Assembly (NCBI GenBank): GCA_965644295.1
Contig: CBFFRP010000141.1
Span: 285,973-349,972, forward strand
Source: Paraphysomonas bandaiensis
Taxonomy: Eukaryota > Protista > Chrysophyceae
Reading direction: 5' to 3'
DNA length: 64,000 bases
The notes under the pieces are model-generated. The model did no database searches and was not told where the DNA came from. It saw only the letters and a program-made list of their open reading frames with translations. The position numbers and the translations under genes are program-made. Position 1 is the first letter of the stretch; the number at the start of each line of letters is the position of its first letter. Positions 27,068 to 39,922 of this stretch are shown here, piece by piece.

Positions 27068-28050
27068 CTAGCGACCACCAGCCCTCGTCAGAGCAACATC
27101 AAGAAGTTCTTTAGCCCGCAAAATTTGATAATCTGTGGCATCTACATAATCCCCAATGCTGATGGCATAAAGCTCTCGCAATGGGAGTGAAGCGAGAGCC
27201 GCCTCTTCGGCGCTGATATCTTCATTTCCCAGTCTTTCCGCCACTATCTTACTAGCGAGTTCCCGACTGGCAACCCCTTCAACAGACTGTGTTCTGTCCA
27301 CAATATCTAGCAGTTCCTCGATGCTTTGTTCCTTCAGCTTTTCTGTTATTTCCTCCTTCTCCACTTCATTCAAATGTGCCTCGTCATTAACCAACAATGC
27401 CTCTATTTCCATTCGTCGGAAGGCTTGTTCTCGATCTCGACGCTTATTTTCTACCTGTAAGAGAGTCACATTAGCTACACATGTATGGAGAAAAGGCAAA
27501 CCTTTTGAATCCAAAACGATTCAATTGCATCTTCGTCCATAGCTGGGAACTCATCGATTGCAACACTCCGAGTACCATCCTCCTAGAGGGCACATACGTT
27601 ATAATTCTCATAGGAGGCAAGCAAGGGAGCAACATTACCTTGTGTCTCATCACAAATACTTCAAACGTTTCAACACTCTTCTTGCTTTTAAAATGTGGAC
27701 TTGCAATTTCTAGTTGCAAAATGATATTATCATGAAATATTCCATCCTGCAACACAGTTATATATAGTTATATATCATTACAAAATTATAATATGAATAA
27801 ATACCTCCTCGCTGAACGATATTATTTTAGAAAGAGATAAAGTATTATAAATCCCACTATCAGATATCTTTCGTAACTCATTCAATGCAAACTAATGAGA
27901 CAGATGAAGTTGATAAAGATTTGTAGTTAGCTATTCTACACATACCTCAGCTGCTTCAATTTTTCTATGCTCTTGAGCGTGATCATGAGAGAACACAACA
28001 TTAGAACCAAGGGATAACAGTAGGAGGATATACGACATCGTTTGTGTCAT
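27068..28050 (-). CDS. Secreted uncharacterised protein with possible cystatin-like N-terminal fold
   Basis: Signal-peptide-like [17 protein letters not shown]. The spliced exons read AAE|[29 protein letters not shown]|[19 protein letters not shown]..., followed by a helical/coiled-coil C-terminus. ATG at 28050 or 28038. Confidence 0.6.
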
Positions 28051-28234
28051 TTCTTCTAACCCACTAAGTTGACAGTGTCAGTTAGTGATCATAAGCAATG
28101 AGAGTGGCTTGCATAAAGGTTTCATACAACATCAGCTTATACGTGTATGAGCTACTGATAAGCTATATGTAGGTATTATTTATTTTGTTTTATTTATATT
28201 ATATAATTTTTTAAGTGGTAGCATCAGCTCCTCA

Positions 28235-28324
28235 CCTGCCTTAGCTCAGTTGGTAGAGCATTGGACTGTAGAGGTTGTAACTTAGGATATCCAATGGTCG
28301 CTGGTTCGAATCCGGCAGGCAGGA
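28235..28324 (+). tRNA. tRNA-Tyr: tRNA-Tyr(GTA) with 17-nt intron (28272-28288)
   Basis: Acceptor CCTGCCT/AGGCAGG plus A. D arm GCTC-AGTTGGTA-GAGC. Anticodon arm TTGGA-CTGTAG^A-TCCAA. T arm GCTGG-TTCGAAT-CCGGC. T7 Pol III terminator at 28350-28356. Confidence 0.97.
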
Positions 28325-28870
28325 GACCATTAGGTGACGGGCCACTTCCTTTTTTTGCACACTATGCATACTGTATTCCGACTGTATTTGACGTATTTTG
28401 TTATGAATAACGTCCTAGTTTCCTGTGCACTTTCCTGATATTGTCTCACAAAAATAGGGGTTTTCAATATGCTTCCAGTATTTTTCTACACGGTATACTG
28501 GAAACTAGATGTATATTTGCATTCTTGTCTTGCGAACAAGTGTCAACTCCACAGTCCTGTATATGACAAATACAGTGCATATACCGAATATATACAGTAT
28601 ACACTATACGCTCTATACGCATATATATATATGTACGAGTACATGCACTATATTCTATATATACCAAACCTGTACTGTACCATGTACTATACATATACCC
28701 TCATATCATTATTCGAGAAATCATCATACAATTATAACTTATAGAAACACTTATATAGAGAATACTTTTATCAAATAAACACACTATTAAATTAATTGAA
28801 AACAAGTGTGAGGATCGATCCACACATTCCTATAATCTATTGGTCTTAATACATATAGTAGTTTCACAAT

Positions 28871-31456
28871 ATGGCACTCAAACTATGGCATTATTTCTGT
28901 ATAAGTAGCATATTAATGTTTATGATGGTAGTCTATGCATGTTATACAAGAGAACAATTTTATCCGATTGTTCTTTTGTTAGTTACATCAAAAGTGTCTA
29001 TTGTACTGCTGTCTAACATGGTCTTTACTCTTGCTTTATTATTGGGACAATTTGGAATCAAATTATTTTTTGGTCAGCTTCGAGATGCAGAGTTAGAGTT
29101 AATATATGACCGATCCAAATACTCTATTACTGAAACATGCTTGGCATTAACTATTTTTCGGAATGAGTTATCGCCTTCTGTGTTCGCGTTTTTCTTGCTG
29201 TTGCTTTTTGTAAAGATATTTCACTGGCTCTCCAGGTGCAGGTTAGATCATCTTGAGCAAGTCGCCACAGTGTCAATTGTCACTCATACCGCCCTGCTGT
29301 TGATATTAGTTATATTGATAGCTGTTGACGCGCTGGTGTGTTATTATTGTGTGTCATACTCCATCACAAAAGGCAAAACTGTGATTGTATTGTTTGCTTT
29401 CGAGTTCGGAGTATTAATTCTTACCTCAATAAATAATTTCGTCCGGTATGCCATTAATGTTGTTGATGGTTGGACAGAGAATGGGCTTCACTACAAAGGA
29501 CTGTACTTTATGATTCTTGACCTTATTTGCGATGGCCTCAAATTTTGCACATATGTTATGTTTTTTTGCCTTGTGTTCGTGTATTACGGCCTCCCTATAC
29601 ACATTGTTAGGTGAGCAAGGCTGTGCGCATTTATTACAACGCTATTCTCATATGTATCACAGAGATATTTGGATGGCGTTTGCTGCATTTTATCAGCGCC
29701 TCGTCTCGTTGATTCGCTATTTGCGACTTACGAACAAGCTGGAGGAGCGGCTGGAGGACGCTACAGAGGCTGAACTCGCGGAGGCACAAGAATGCCTGAT
29801 ATGCCGTGAAGGCATGGAACGTGGAAAAAAGCTTCCCTGTAAGCACGTCTTTCACTTGGACTGCTTGCGGATGTGGCTACAGCATCAACAGGCCTGTCCA
29901 TTATGTCGGTCGGATATTCCTGTCACCAGAAGAAACGTTGGCCAGAATAACACAGGAGCTGCTGAGGATAGGGAGGAGGGAGAAGAAGCGAGAGCGGAAT
30001 CTGCGGCAAGAGAAGAAGATGGGGCCCTTGAGGACACCCTTCCTCACCCTACTGGAATAGAAAATAGGGCGGAAGATGCCACTCGACCGGTTACTAGAAA
30101 CTCTCCGCCCTTTTCCGCAGACCTGCTTAAGAAGTCTATTCCCGGTTTTTTCATTGTCCTCCCGCACCCCCTGGATGAAGGTCTGAAAGTTGTACGATCC
30201 CCTGGCGAAGTAGGGCCAGATCATGTCCTGCGCACTCTCCTCAAGGTAGTTTTTTATGTGCACTAACATAGCCCTTTCTGATTTTTCTGCAGGACACTGT
30301 TGTTTTCGTGAATGAATACACATCTCTGTCTGAGTTTGTTGAAGGACACGGTATGCAGAGCATCTTATGGTTACATATCCCGGATGGGTGGGTGCCCATG
30401 GAGCAGATTTCCTCTGAGGGAGCGGGACTGATACCATTACTTCGACCCTATCTGCCTCCATACAGTGTTGGGACTCCTGCTGCACCGGTATCGCTCCCCA
30501 CCGCTGCGAGCAGCATGAAGGATAAGACGACTCTGCGACGTTCCTCCTCTTCTCGTCAGCAGTCCCCACAGCCCTCTGCGGCTCCCTCCCAGACTGCTGG
30601 TAGCCATTCACTCCGACATACACCCGAGAGAAGCGTGAATACAGGAGCTAGTTCGGGATCAACAAATGCTGCACTCTCTGATGCCATAACACGAGCGCGG
30701 GACGACATTTCACAGCTGACGCGCGACATCCGTAGGGCCTCTTCGGAACACTCGCGCACCTCCACGCGACGCGGCACTACCAGCTCGGCTCAGACTAGCA
30801 GGTCAACGAGTAGGGTTGAGAAATTGGTAGCTATGCAGCAACAGATCGATGCCCTTAGCAGCAGCATTGCAGATATCAGTGACTCACTCTCAGCAGTTCG
30901 AGCTGGACTGATATCCGCTTTAACAGGTAATATTTTGTTATTGATTATTGGTATTTGTTTGAAATGTAATTGGATTTCAGATGAACTTAGCCTACAAGAC
31001 GAAAGTGATACACATTCGTCACCATCACCACACCGACCTCCGTCTCTGCCACGCACTCCACAGAGGAGTTTATCTGGTAGCCGCGAAGGCTTTCCACCAT
31101 CTGACTACACACCACCTCGAACTAAATATAGCAGTGGCATAGCAGAGTCTCGAAACTCGCCCGCTGCGTCGAAGAAATCTATCTCACCACAATCAGCACA
31201 GCATTCCTTATTAGATTCATCATCTGAAGGGAATGAGAAAATTCATGCGGGCGACTCCGCAGCAATACAGACCAGTGATCAGAAGCCCTCAGAAGCACCC
31301 CCTCTATCACCCGGAAGCAACTCCGATATCAGGCAGCTGAGAGAAATGTATTTCAATAATACGACAACAAAAGTTAAAGCCCACACCGATTCCCATCCAG
31401 CTCAATCCAATGATAACGGTAGTGAAAAAGAAATGACGTCAGACTCATTGAAATAA
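28871..31456 (+). CDS. HRD1: ERAD E3 ubiquitin ligase HRD1/synoviolin with extended C-terminus
   Basis: REQFYP, FFGQLRDAELE, ETCLALTIFR, KIFHWL, FAFEF, YYGLPIHIVR|DIW and RING-H2 CLICREGM...LPCKHVFHLDCLRMWLQHQQACPLCR. Confidence 0.93.
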
Positions 31457-32626
31457 TTCATTTAGTTTTCTAGTATAATACGGAATGCTTCGTCTTCACT
31501 GTGCAATATGTAAACAGTAAAAAGTCTCTTATTTTGTCAAAACCAGTGTTTAATATCACCGCCCAGTAGCTTTACATTGGGGATAGGAACAGTAACGGTA
31601 AATGGTGAATATGTATTGAAAAGAACTTCATTAATTCAGCACTAGTCAATAATTACCTTTTGTGAAAGACTGGAGTGAAAACGCAGCTATCAAAATGATG
31701 TGGTGCTTTGTAGGAAAGTCATATAATCATATAATGCTACGACCTTGAAGATGCTGTGCAAAGTATTTCGCAACTCGATAGAGTGATGACATTTAAATTT
31801 TTGTTTGTGTAAGCTAATAATAATATTTGCTGTAATATTTTCTAGTAGTGTGAAGCTGAAATAAGAAAAAATATTACGTAGCTAAGGGTTTCCTTTGCTC
31901 GGAATAAGTATTGATAGAGTTTTGTATCGGGAGGAGAAAGGATCGCAACCACTGTGATTACAACTCATATATGAACCCAACGTACAAAACTGGGACAAAA
32001 CAGACTCAGGAGACAACGTGAAGATCGAAGTGCTTGTCTATGTCATAAGAAAGGCAAGGAAGAGAATTAGAAGTAAGGCATACCATATAGAGAAGGAGGA
32101 GTGATACTACAGGGTGACAAATTGCAACTTACTAATAGTTATGATTCATAATTACAATATTTTTCTAACAGTGACACTATATGAGGCATGACTCTCATTA
32201 TGTTTTTCTATTTGCTGATCATATAACTGTATATTCGGTAGAGCTGTGTGGATATGTATCCTATCAAATAAAAACAAAGCTGTTTACACATTGAGCGCAC
32301 TTAATACTAAGTTTATTTGTAACATAACAGTATCCTTTACATGCAATCTCTCAATGCTGTTGACTACTGTATTATATTTATAGTATCACAGTGACTCCAG
32401 TAGACTCTCATTGCATAATTTAAGACGCATCGTTTTTGTTGAACATGAAATACTAAAGATGAAACATGAAAAATCTTATTGTTTGAATTTCAATTGATGT
32501 GAAATGCTAGACCTTATAAGGATATATTACATATATATGGTTTCAATGCCTGCGCTGTATCCACATCATTTGGACAGTAAAGAATGACGGACTCCGGAAA
32601 AAAATATATACGGATTACACTACTGT

Positions 32627-32981
32627 TGACGAGTATTACGCTCCTCTAGAGGTAAAAGTGGAAGACTACGACCTAGACAATGAACCACATGGGCTGAATC
32701 TGGAGGGTTTGAAAGAGAAAAGGAAGATGCGGGAACGAATGATGCAGAAAATAGAAGAGAGCAAATCATTCTGATATTTATGACCGCTCGAATAACGAGT
32801 CTATTGATGCAATAAAGTTGTTGGAAGAGTATGAGGGTATCCATTCGGCCAAACTGTTTTCTGCACCATACGTGCCCACATCTTCCATTTCTCTTTCAAT
32901 TCCTCCAGATTCAGTCTATGTGGATCATTGTCTCGGTCGTAGTCTTCGACTATTACCTCTGGAGGCTTGTAATATTCGTCA
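32627..32981. repeat. Gap-free inverted repeat, 128-bp arms (32627-32754 and 32854-32981), ~85% identity, 99-bp spacer
   Basis: Manual alignment gives 19 mismatches in 128. Both arms read as homologous peptides: DEYYAPLEVKVEDYDLDNEPHGLNLE and DEYYKPPEVIVEDYDRDNDPHRLNLE. Confidence 0.9.
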
Positions 32982-33203
32982 CTCGACGATCTCCATACAG
33001 AGGCAGCGAATCATGACTTTGTTCTTTGTTCTGCGAACCCAGACAATAAGGAGAAAAATATCGTCTAAGAAGTAACAACAAAATTAAGAGTTTTTTAGAT
33101 AAAAAATAAAACAAATATGAAAAAACTGGGGAAATTTAGGAAAGAAGGAATATATATGTACAGTACACACAACCAGTCTCTATGTACATCTGTAGCAGTC
33201 TAT

Positions 33204-33699
33204 ACCACTGTATATGTACTTACACACCACTCTATATGTACTTACACACCACTCTATATGTACTTATACACCACTCTATATGTACTTACACACCACTCTA
33301 TATGTACTTACACACCACTCTATATGTACTTACACACCACTCTATATGTACTTATACACCACTCTATATGTACTTACACACCACTCTATATGTACTTATA
33401 CACCACTCTATATGTACTTATACACCACTCTATATGTACTTATACACCACTCTATATGTACTTACACACCACTCTATATGTACTTACACACCACTCTATA
33501 TGTACATACACACCACTCTATATGTACATACACACCACTCTATATGTACTTACACACCACTCTATATGTACATACACACCACTCTATATGTACTTACACA
33601 CCACTCTATATGTACATACACACCACTCTATATGTACTTACACACCACTCTATATGTACATACACACCACTCTATATGTACATACACACCACTCTATAT
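33204..33699. repeat. 22-bp minisatellite (TATATGTACTTACACACCACTC), ~22 copies
   Basis: Direct tandem repeat with no unique spacers. Variants CTTACAC, CTTATAC and CATACAC. Confidence 0.95.
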
Positions 33700-33849
33700 G
33701 GAGATATTTAAATATGGCCCCATACATATAGAAGACACACAGCTCCAGGATATGCTCATCTAACTAGAGATCACCCATATATAAGCAAGATGATCACATA
33801 CCTCCAATATCAATAAACATATTCATCATATTACCAAGTATCATAATCA

Positions 33850-36800
33850 ATGAATAACACTAACAGTAATACAAATTCCACTATAGATAATGATTTCAAC
33901 AATGACACCAACAGTACCAGTACCAATACTGATATAACAGAATTTGGTGGTAGAAGAAAACGTAGTCCACCACTAGCACAATTAGAAACATTAACATCAC
34001 ATAATATATGGATAATTCTTTTATTACCATTTCTATTAGCAGTTATCACTATTGTATTAGATATTAATAAAGGATTACATCGTGAAGTGATACGATTATC
34101 ATCAAGTTATTGTGATAGACCCTTAATATGTCATACATATGATAATGTGTTAAGTTTTGAAATTACTACTGATGCTATACTTTTAAAACATATATTATTA
34201 ACTGGTAAATTACACGGACATATGATGTCAGATTTACCGTCTATGCGAACGAGTATTGAGATAGAAGCTGTGGATAGCGCTGGAATAAGGAAGCAGTTAC
34301 TACTAGAGACTCTTACTCACCGACTTAGTCGCTATCCATCTTGGGTTCCGTTGGGAGGATTTGCGGCTGAGCGTCCATGGCTACTGCCACAGAGCAGGTA
34401 TATACGAGGAACAGTTACTGTAACCTCCCCAAATGGGGAATCTGCGGAGGAGCTCCTGGACCACACATCATTTGCTGTGCACTTTCAACGCCGATCCTTT
34501 ACAGCCCTGCGTGCAGCACTACAAGTGATACTTGCTCTGAGCTCACTTTTCGTGTTAGTAGCTTGGACTCGTCGTATGGTGCGACACCATGTTGGACTCA
34601 GAGAGTCCGTGCACGGGTCTGCTGGTGGAACGTCATCTTTCGTTTCGTCGAGGTATCACTGCTGTTTAGCTTATCTCACGCCAGAGCAGGTATGGTAGTA
34701 TGATAGACATATATCTATAAACAATGTTTATGTATCTTGTAGATATACACGTTTTTGCTGCTTGTGTCTTTGGTGATGTGGCAAGATCTGCCAGGAGCGA
34801 TGTGCACGCTGATGTTATATTTATTCTCTATGGAAGTGTCAGAGACACACTTGTTTGCCACCTCTCTGGTAAAATTGTGGGGTCAGCAAGGTACTAAGAT
34901 GAGCCCTGTTAGTGCTGTCGTCACGCTTGAGATTGTAGGGCTTTTCTTCTCCCTACTGCTGCTTTCTGCAGGCGTGGGATGCGGACAAGAGCGGGGGCCG
35001 GAATCAAGGCGAGCAGTGCGCATAGCAGAGGAAAAGAAAATGGAAGATTCGTGGTGGGCAGTAGATGCATTCAATGACAGTCGCTTCAGAAGAGTGAGCG
35101 TCAAGGGAGGGAGGTCCGCATCCTCTGGAAGCGATGTATCAGTGCGATCTGGCCCGGACTGGCTTTATTCTTCCAAGGACGAGGCGGATAGTTCGTCAGA
35201 ACAAAGTACGACTTGTCGAGATATGGGAATGGGACACGGTAAGGTATTTTCTCTTTGTCGGAGCTATGGCGATTTGTCTGAGGAACACTTGCCACTTGTA
35301 AGAAGCCATCCACTCTCTCCTTTATTCTTCGACTTCATCATAGGGAAATGTGTCGTGCTCTTTGTTGATTTGGTTGTCGTGACAACTCAGAATATCTTGA
35401 CGTTTCCGACAGTGGCGGATAGCATTACTGGAATACACATTGGTCTATTCATTGAACAGAGTCTGTATGCTGTGTTCAGCATATTTCTAGTTCCTGTTCG
35501 GCTGTTTTGGATAGTCTTGATTGCGGGGGCGCTTCTGGAGAGTGGAGTACAACTTAAAGCTACTCGATACATGAGCTCACGCTATCAGCATGTTGCGTTC
35601 AAACTGTTTGTGAATCAAGTTTTTATGGGGCTTGGGTTACTCTGTGTCACCTATGTGTTCCAGATATACAGGTTCCTGAGCACTGTTACACGACAAGCCG
35701 GAGGGCAAAGTGTGAGTGAGTTATGGGAGAGTAGTGTTGTCACAGCTGACAGAGGATTCGGTGCTTGGGGTGGGCGCGAAGCGGAGATAGGAGAGCTGTT
35801 GTACGTATCTGGCATCTGTTATGCCATAGCATTTCTTTTTGCCGCACCCGTAGCCTCATCTTACGCTAATATATACGAACATAGCGAAAAAGGCCTATCT
35901 GGAACTATCCATGAGTACCGTGTACTTGAACCAGCTGCCACAGCACGCCCGGATTCGTGGCGACACAGTAATAAGCGGAAGTCATACCAGTCGATCGGTA
36001 CCACTGGCAGCGCGTCTTCTAGTTCTTACTCTGAAGATATATCGGCTGCCTTCGAGTCGGATACTAGAGGTTTAGACCTAGAAATGTTTCCGTTAATTCC
36101 AAGTTCGGCGATGCGGCCGTCTTTCTCTCCTAGACGGTCAAAGAAAAGAAATCGTAAAATGTTTTGCCTGGAGACGGCATGTATTATGATGGAGTGCGCA
36201 TGGCAGACGTATTTCATTCCGTTAGATGACCCGCGATCAGAAGACGAGGCAGCAGCTCGACTTGCAAGCCAAGATATATTTGCAACCATGCTGGGAACCT
36301 CTGCCCAAGCAAAGATGAATGTTTCGCAATACGGCCTGCGATATATTCGCAGTTTTTTGTCTCGGCGAGGGGATATTAGTGGGTACTTAGCTAATGGCAG
36401 TGACCGCATCATTGTATCGTTCAGAGGGACCGTAGGTGGCTCTAATATGATCACTGATATGAACATGCTACAGACGCGATACCCTGACTGGACTTTGAAG
36501 AAGAGGTACCTAAGAGAATTGTTTGATTCATTGTTGCAGAGTGAGGGTGTGTCACACACTGGATGCGAAGTGGATACACCCGATGAGTTTGACATATACT
36601 ACAATGAGAGCAAGAGCGAGAAAGACGTCGAACTTGGGTCTGTTTCTTCGAATTCGCGTGTTGAACATGGTGACAATACCGATGAGGACAGGGAGTCAGA
36701 GAAGAAATCTTCTCTCGGAGAGTGCATGCGGGCGATAGTGTCAGTCATTCCTGTGGCGAGACACACACTCCCACTCATTCACTACGGGTTCTGGCAAGCG

Positions 36801-37535
36801 TACGAGTCCATTCGGGAGGAATTTCTTAAAGTGCTCATAATCGGCGTACTGGATAAGCTAGGAATTCCAATTGGTGCACTAGCTCGTGGAGTCAGAACGG
36901 ACCACGAATTTTATCAAACGAGACAGCCTTCTTGCGATTCTGTTGGCAAAGAGAAACACCGCGAGTTTCTGGAGCTGTACATATGTGGACACTCGCTTGG
37001 GGGCGCACTCTCTGTCCTTGCAGCACTCGATGTATCTCATAACGCCGAGGCAATTCTTGGCGAAATATTCAGGCGATGTCCTTTTTGGCCTCAAACCCAT
37101 CAACCAAAGGTGTTGTTACCAACAGTTTATACTTTCGGAAGTCCGAGAATCGGCAATGCACAATTTTCTCGTATTGTTGAACAGAATATTCCGAACTTGT
37201 TTAGAGTAGAAGTTGATGGGGACATTATCTGTCGAATGCCGCGGTGGCTGGGAATGTACCGTCACTGTGGGATTCACATAATTGTCGATGCAGAGGAAGG
37301 TGGTAGTTTGATTGTCAACCCGACTATTGTAGAGTCTCAATTGTTGAGAAGAGGGAGTGGAACGACCGCGCATCACTCCCTGTCAATGTATAGAGCGTGT
37401 TTAGAAGCATGTTTTTTACCAAATGAATTGGAGGTGTATTTAAACAAATATTACTCCTTCATGTTGGAAACTGATAAGCAGGTCTCATCGACTACGAGTT
37501 CAAGCCATCTACGGAATTTGCCCGAATGGTTATAG
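33850..37535 (+). CDS. Multi-pass membrane protein (TMEM181/Wntless-like TM region) fused to a class-3 lipase domain
   Basis: Several TM helices plus a luminal beta domain, then IIVSFRGT, IHYGFWQAY, GHSLGG (nucleophile), YTFGSPRIGN, DIICRMP and HHSLSMY. Introns near 34690-34742 and 34890-34937. Confidence 0.85.
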
Positions 37536-37797
37536 GCTGGATTTTATTATCTAAACGAATAAATTTTTTGTGTTTTTCGTGTTTTGTGTTCTGCTATAGG
37601 TAATAGAATTACTAACGTGTACCACTAGCTTTTTAAATAATACATGTACATAGAAGTAATCAACCTATTAAAAGTGTTGTTATCAACGAAACAGTGCAGC
37701 CTTCGCATGAAAGCAATCGATCCGAATGTAAAACGAATGCTTGACCGAATAAGAATGACGCAATAAAATGGTTCAGCGTTTTATCCCTTATATATAG

Positions 37798-37905
37798 CAG
37801 GGTCTGGTAACTGTTAATGGTAATGGCATTAATGGTAACGGCATTAAAAGTAATGCCATTATAATTGCCGGGAACCGGACTACCATTAATGGTTATCTGG
37901 CCCTG
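37798..37905. mobile_element. hAT-type MITE, 108 bp
   Basis: Imperfect TIR CAGGGTCTGGTAAC...GTTATCTGGCCCTG. Perfect 8-bp TSD ATATATAG (37790-37797 and 37906-37913). Internal ATTAATGG repeats. Confidence 0.9.
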
Positions 37906-38199
37906 ATATATAGTAGCCAATATATGTTCAACACTTCTACCTTAACTGTAACAAGCTACGTTTCCTACGACGCATAGTCCTCTTATTTCTTCCACAAGCA
38001 TATGAAAGTATACTACCGCATTCAATATGCAATATGCTACACTCTCACTCTCACACCATCCTTATAATTAAGATGAGTATTATATATTAGACAATAGATG
38101 CTCACCCTGAACCGATACTTCTGTTTTACGACAACGTTGTATAACGATGAGATATCATATGCAACAACAGAACTGTGTTCATTGATTTAAATCATACGT

Positions 38200-39317
38200 T
38201 TAGTTCATTACATCAGAATTACAAGACTGCCTCTCCTGATGTGCTTCAATTATATGTTTAACCGTGGTAGGAAAATCAGTGGAAGCAAGAAAACCAATGC
38301 GGTCTATCGCTTCCCAATGGCAAAGCGAATCTGGCCAAGTAACAGAAAAATTCGCAATGCTGGGGTTCGACTCAGGATCATAGGAGTAAGAGAAATCTGG
38401 GTAGTGCTTTTTTATTTCCTCAAATAGCTCGGCAGGGGTGAACGAAAAACCAGCCAATGCAGTTCCTCTGCAGTTAGGTGGGAACTTCGAGGGGGGCGAT
38501 TGCATGAGCTTCAACATGCCTTCAATGAGGTCGCTCGAGTGGATCATCGGTAGTTTTACATCAGGGCTCACTGGGCAAACATAATGCTCTCCGCGTACTG
38601 CAGCTGCCAATGCATCCAGAGCATACTCTGTCGTACCTCCTCCCCACACTGGCTGCGTATGCAGAACACCAGGAATTATTACGAATCGTGTATCGAATCC
38701 TTCCCTATCGGCATATTGATGTAAGAGTTCGCGACATTGCCGTTTCTGTACCCCGTAATCACTACCCGGGTTTTGGTCAGGGTTATCCATCACCCATTGT
38801 GCAGTGGCACCCTCTCGAGGAGAAGACGTTCCATAACTGCCGATAGAATCCGAAAAATACAGCTTCTTTATATTAAACTCTTTCATACACGCGAGCACTC
38901 GTTGCATCCCACCAACCGTTACATCATGTGCACTAGAGGGATCTTTCGCTGTGTCTACAGAGAGAGGAGCCGCTAGATTCCATACAGAGTCAATAGAATC
39001 TGCATGCCGTTCAAATACCGCACGAATCGATTGATTATCTCGAATATTAAACCCAAACTCACATATAACATCACTAGCAAGATGATCAGGTAGAGGAGAG
39101 CGATGGAGTGCTATAGAGAGTAAGAGTAAGTGAGTGTGAGTGAGTGTGTATGACTGTATATGTACCTGCTATTACAGAGTGTTTTCCATGTGTTTTGATG
39201 AGTTCTGATATCAGATTTTGACCAATGGAACCTATGAGTGAGAGGATGTGGTGAGGGATGTGAGGATATGGGTGGATATGTGTGACCTGCAGCGCCTATG
39301 ACGAGAATACGCTTCAT
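38200..39317 (-). CDS. TDH: L-threonine 3-dehydrogenase (extended SDR type)
   Basis: MKRILVIGAAG|SIG, WNLAAPLS, SDSIGSYG, YGVQK (YxxxK), GGGTTEYA, LPMIH, SFTP and TWPDSL. Two introns. Confidence 0.85.
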
Positions 39318-39497
39318 AGTATGATATGATACTAATAGTAAGATACTGTACAGGTATACCTATGAGGATATATACATACACATACACTTCTGATTACATG
39401 CACTTCACTTCCTTTAAGAATATCAGCCAGAACAATCCTCCGCTCCACATACATACAGCAGTATATGCATACATACATACAGCAGTATATACATATA

Positions 39498-39922
39498 TAC
39501 ATACATACATACATACATACATACATACATACATACATACATACATACATACATACATACATACATACATACATACATACATACATACATACATACATAC
39601 ATACATACATACATACATACATACATACATACATACATACATACATACATACATACATACATACATACATACATACATACATACATACATACATACATAC
39701 ATACATACATACATACATACATACATACATACATACATACATACATACATACATACATACATACATACATACATACATACATACATACATACCTACATAC
39801 ATACATACATACATACATACCTACATACATACATACATACATACATACATACATACATACATACATACATACATACATACATACATACATACATACATAC
39901 ATACATACATACATACATACAT
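39498..39922. repeat. (TACA)n microsatellite, ~106 units
   Basis: Near-perfect tetranucleotide run with two single-base interruptions. Confidence 0.97.

Noticed and set aside
30928-30981. Stop-free 3n introns (also in the vWA, TOM1-like, lipase and GH genes) as a regulated intron-retention system
   Set aside because: About 5 of roughly 40 short introns is near chance expectation. It matters only for correct annotation.
31980-32070. CLCHKKG as a gag zinc knuckle
   Set aside because: Incomplete CCHC and no supporting ORF.
33117-33763. Three long overlapping ORFs, or a CRISPR-like array
   Set aside because: These are translations of a stop-free 22-bp minisatellite. There are no unique spacers and no cas genes.
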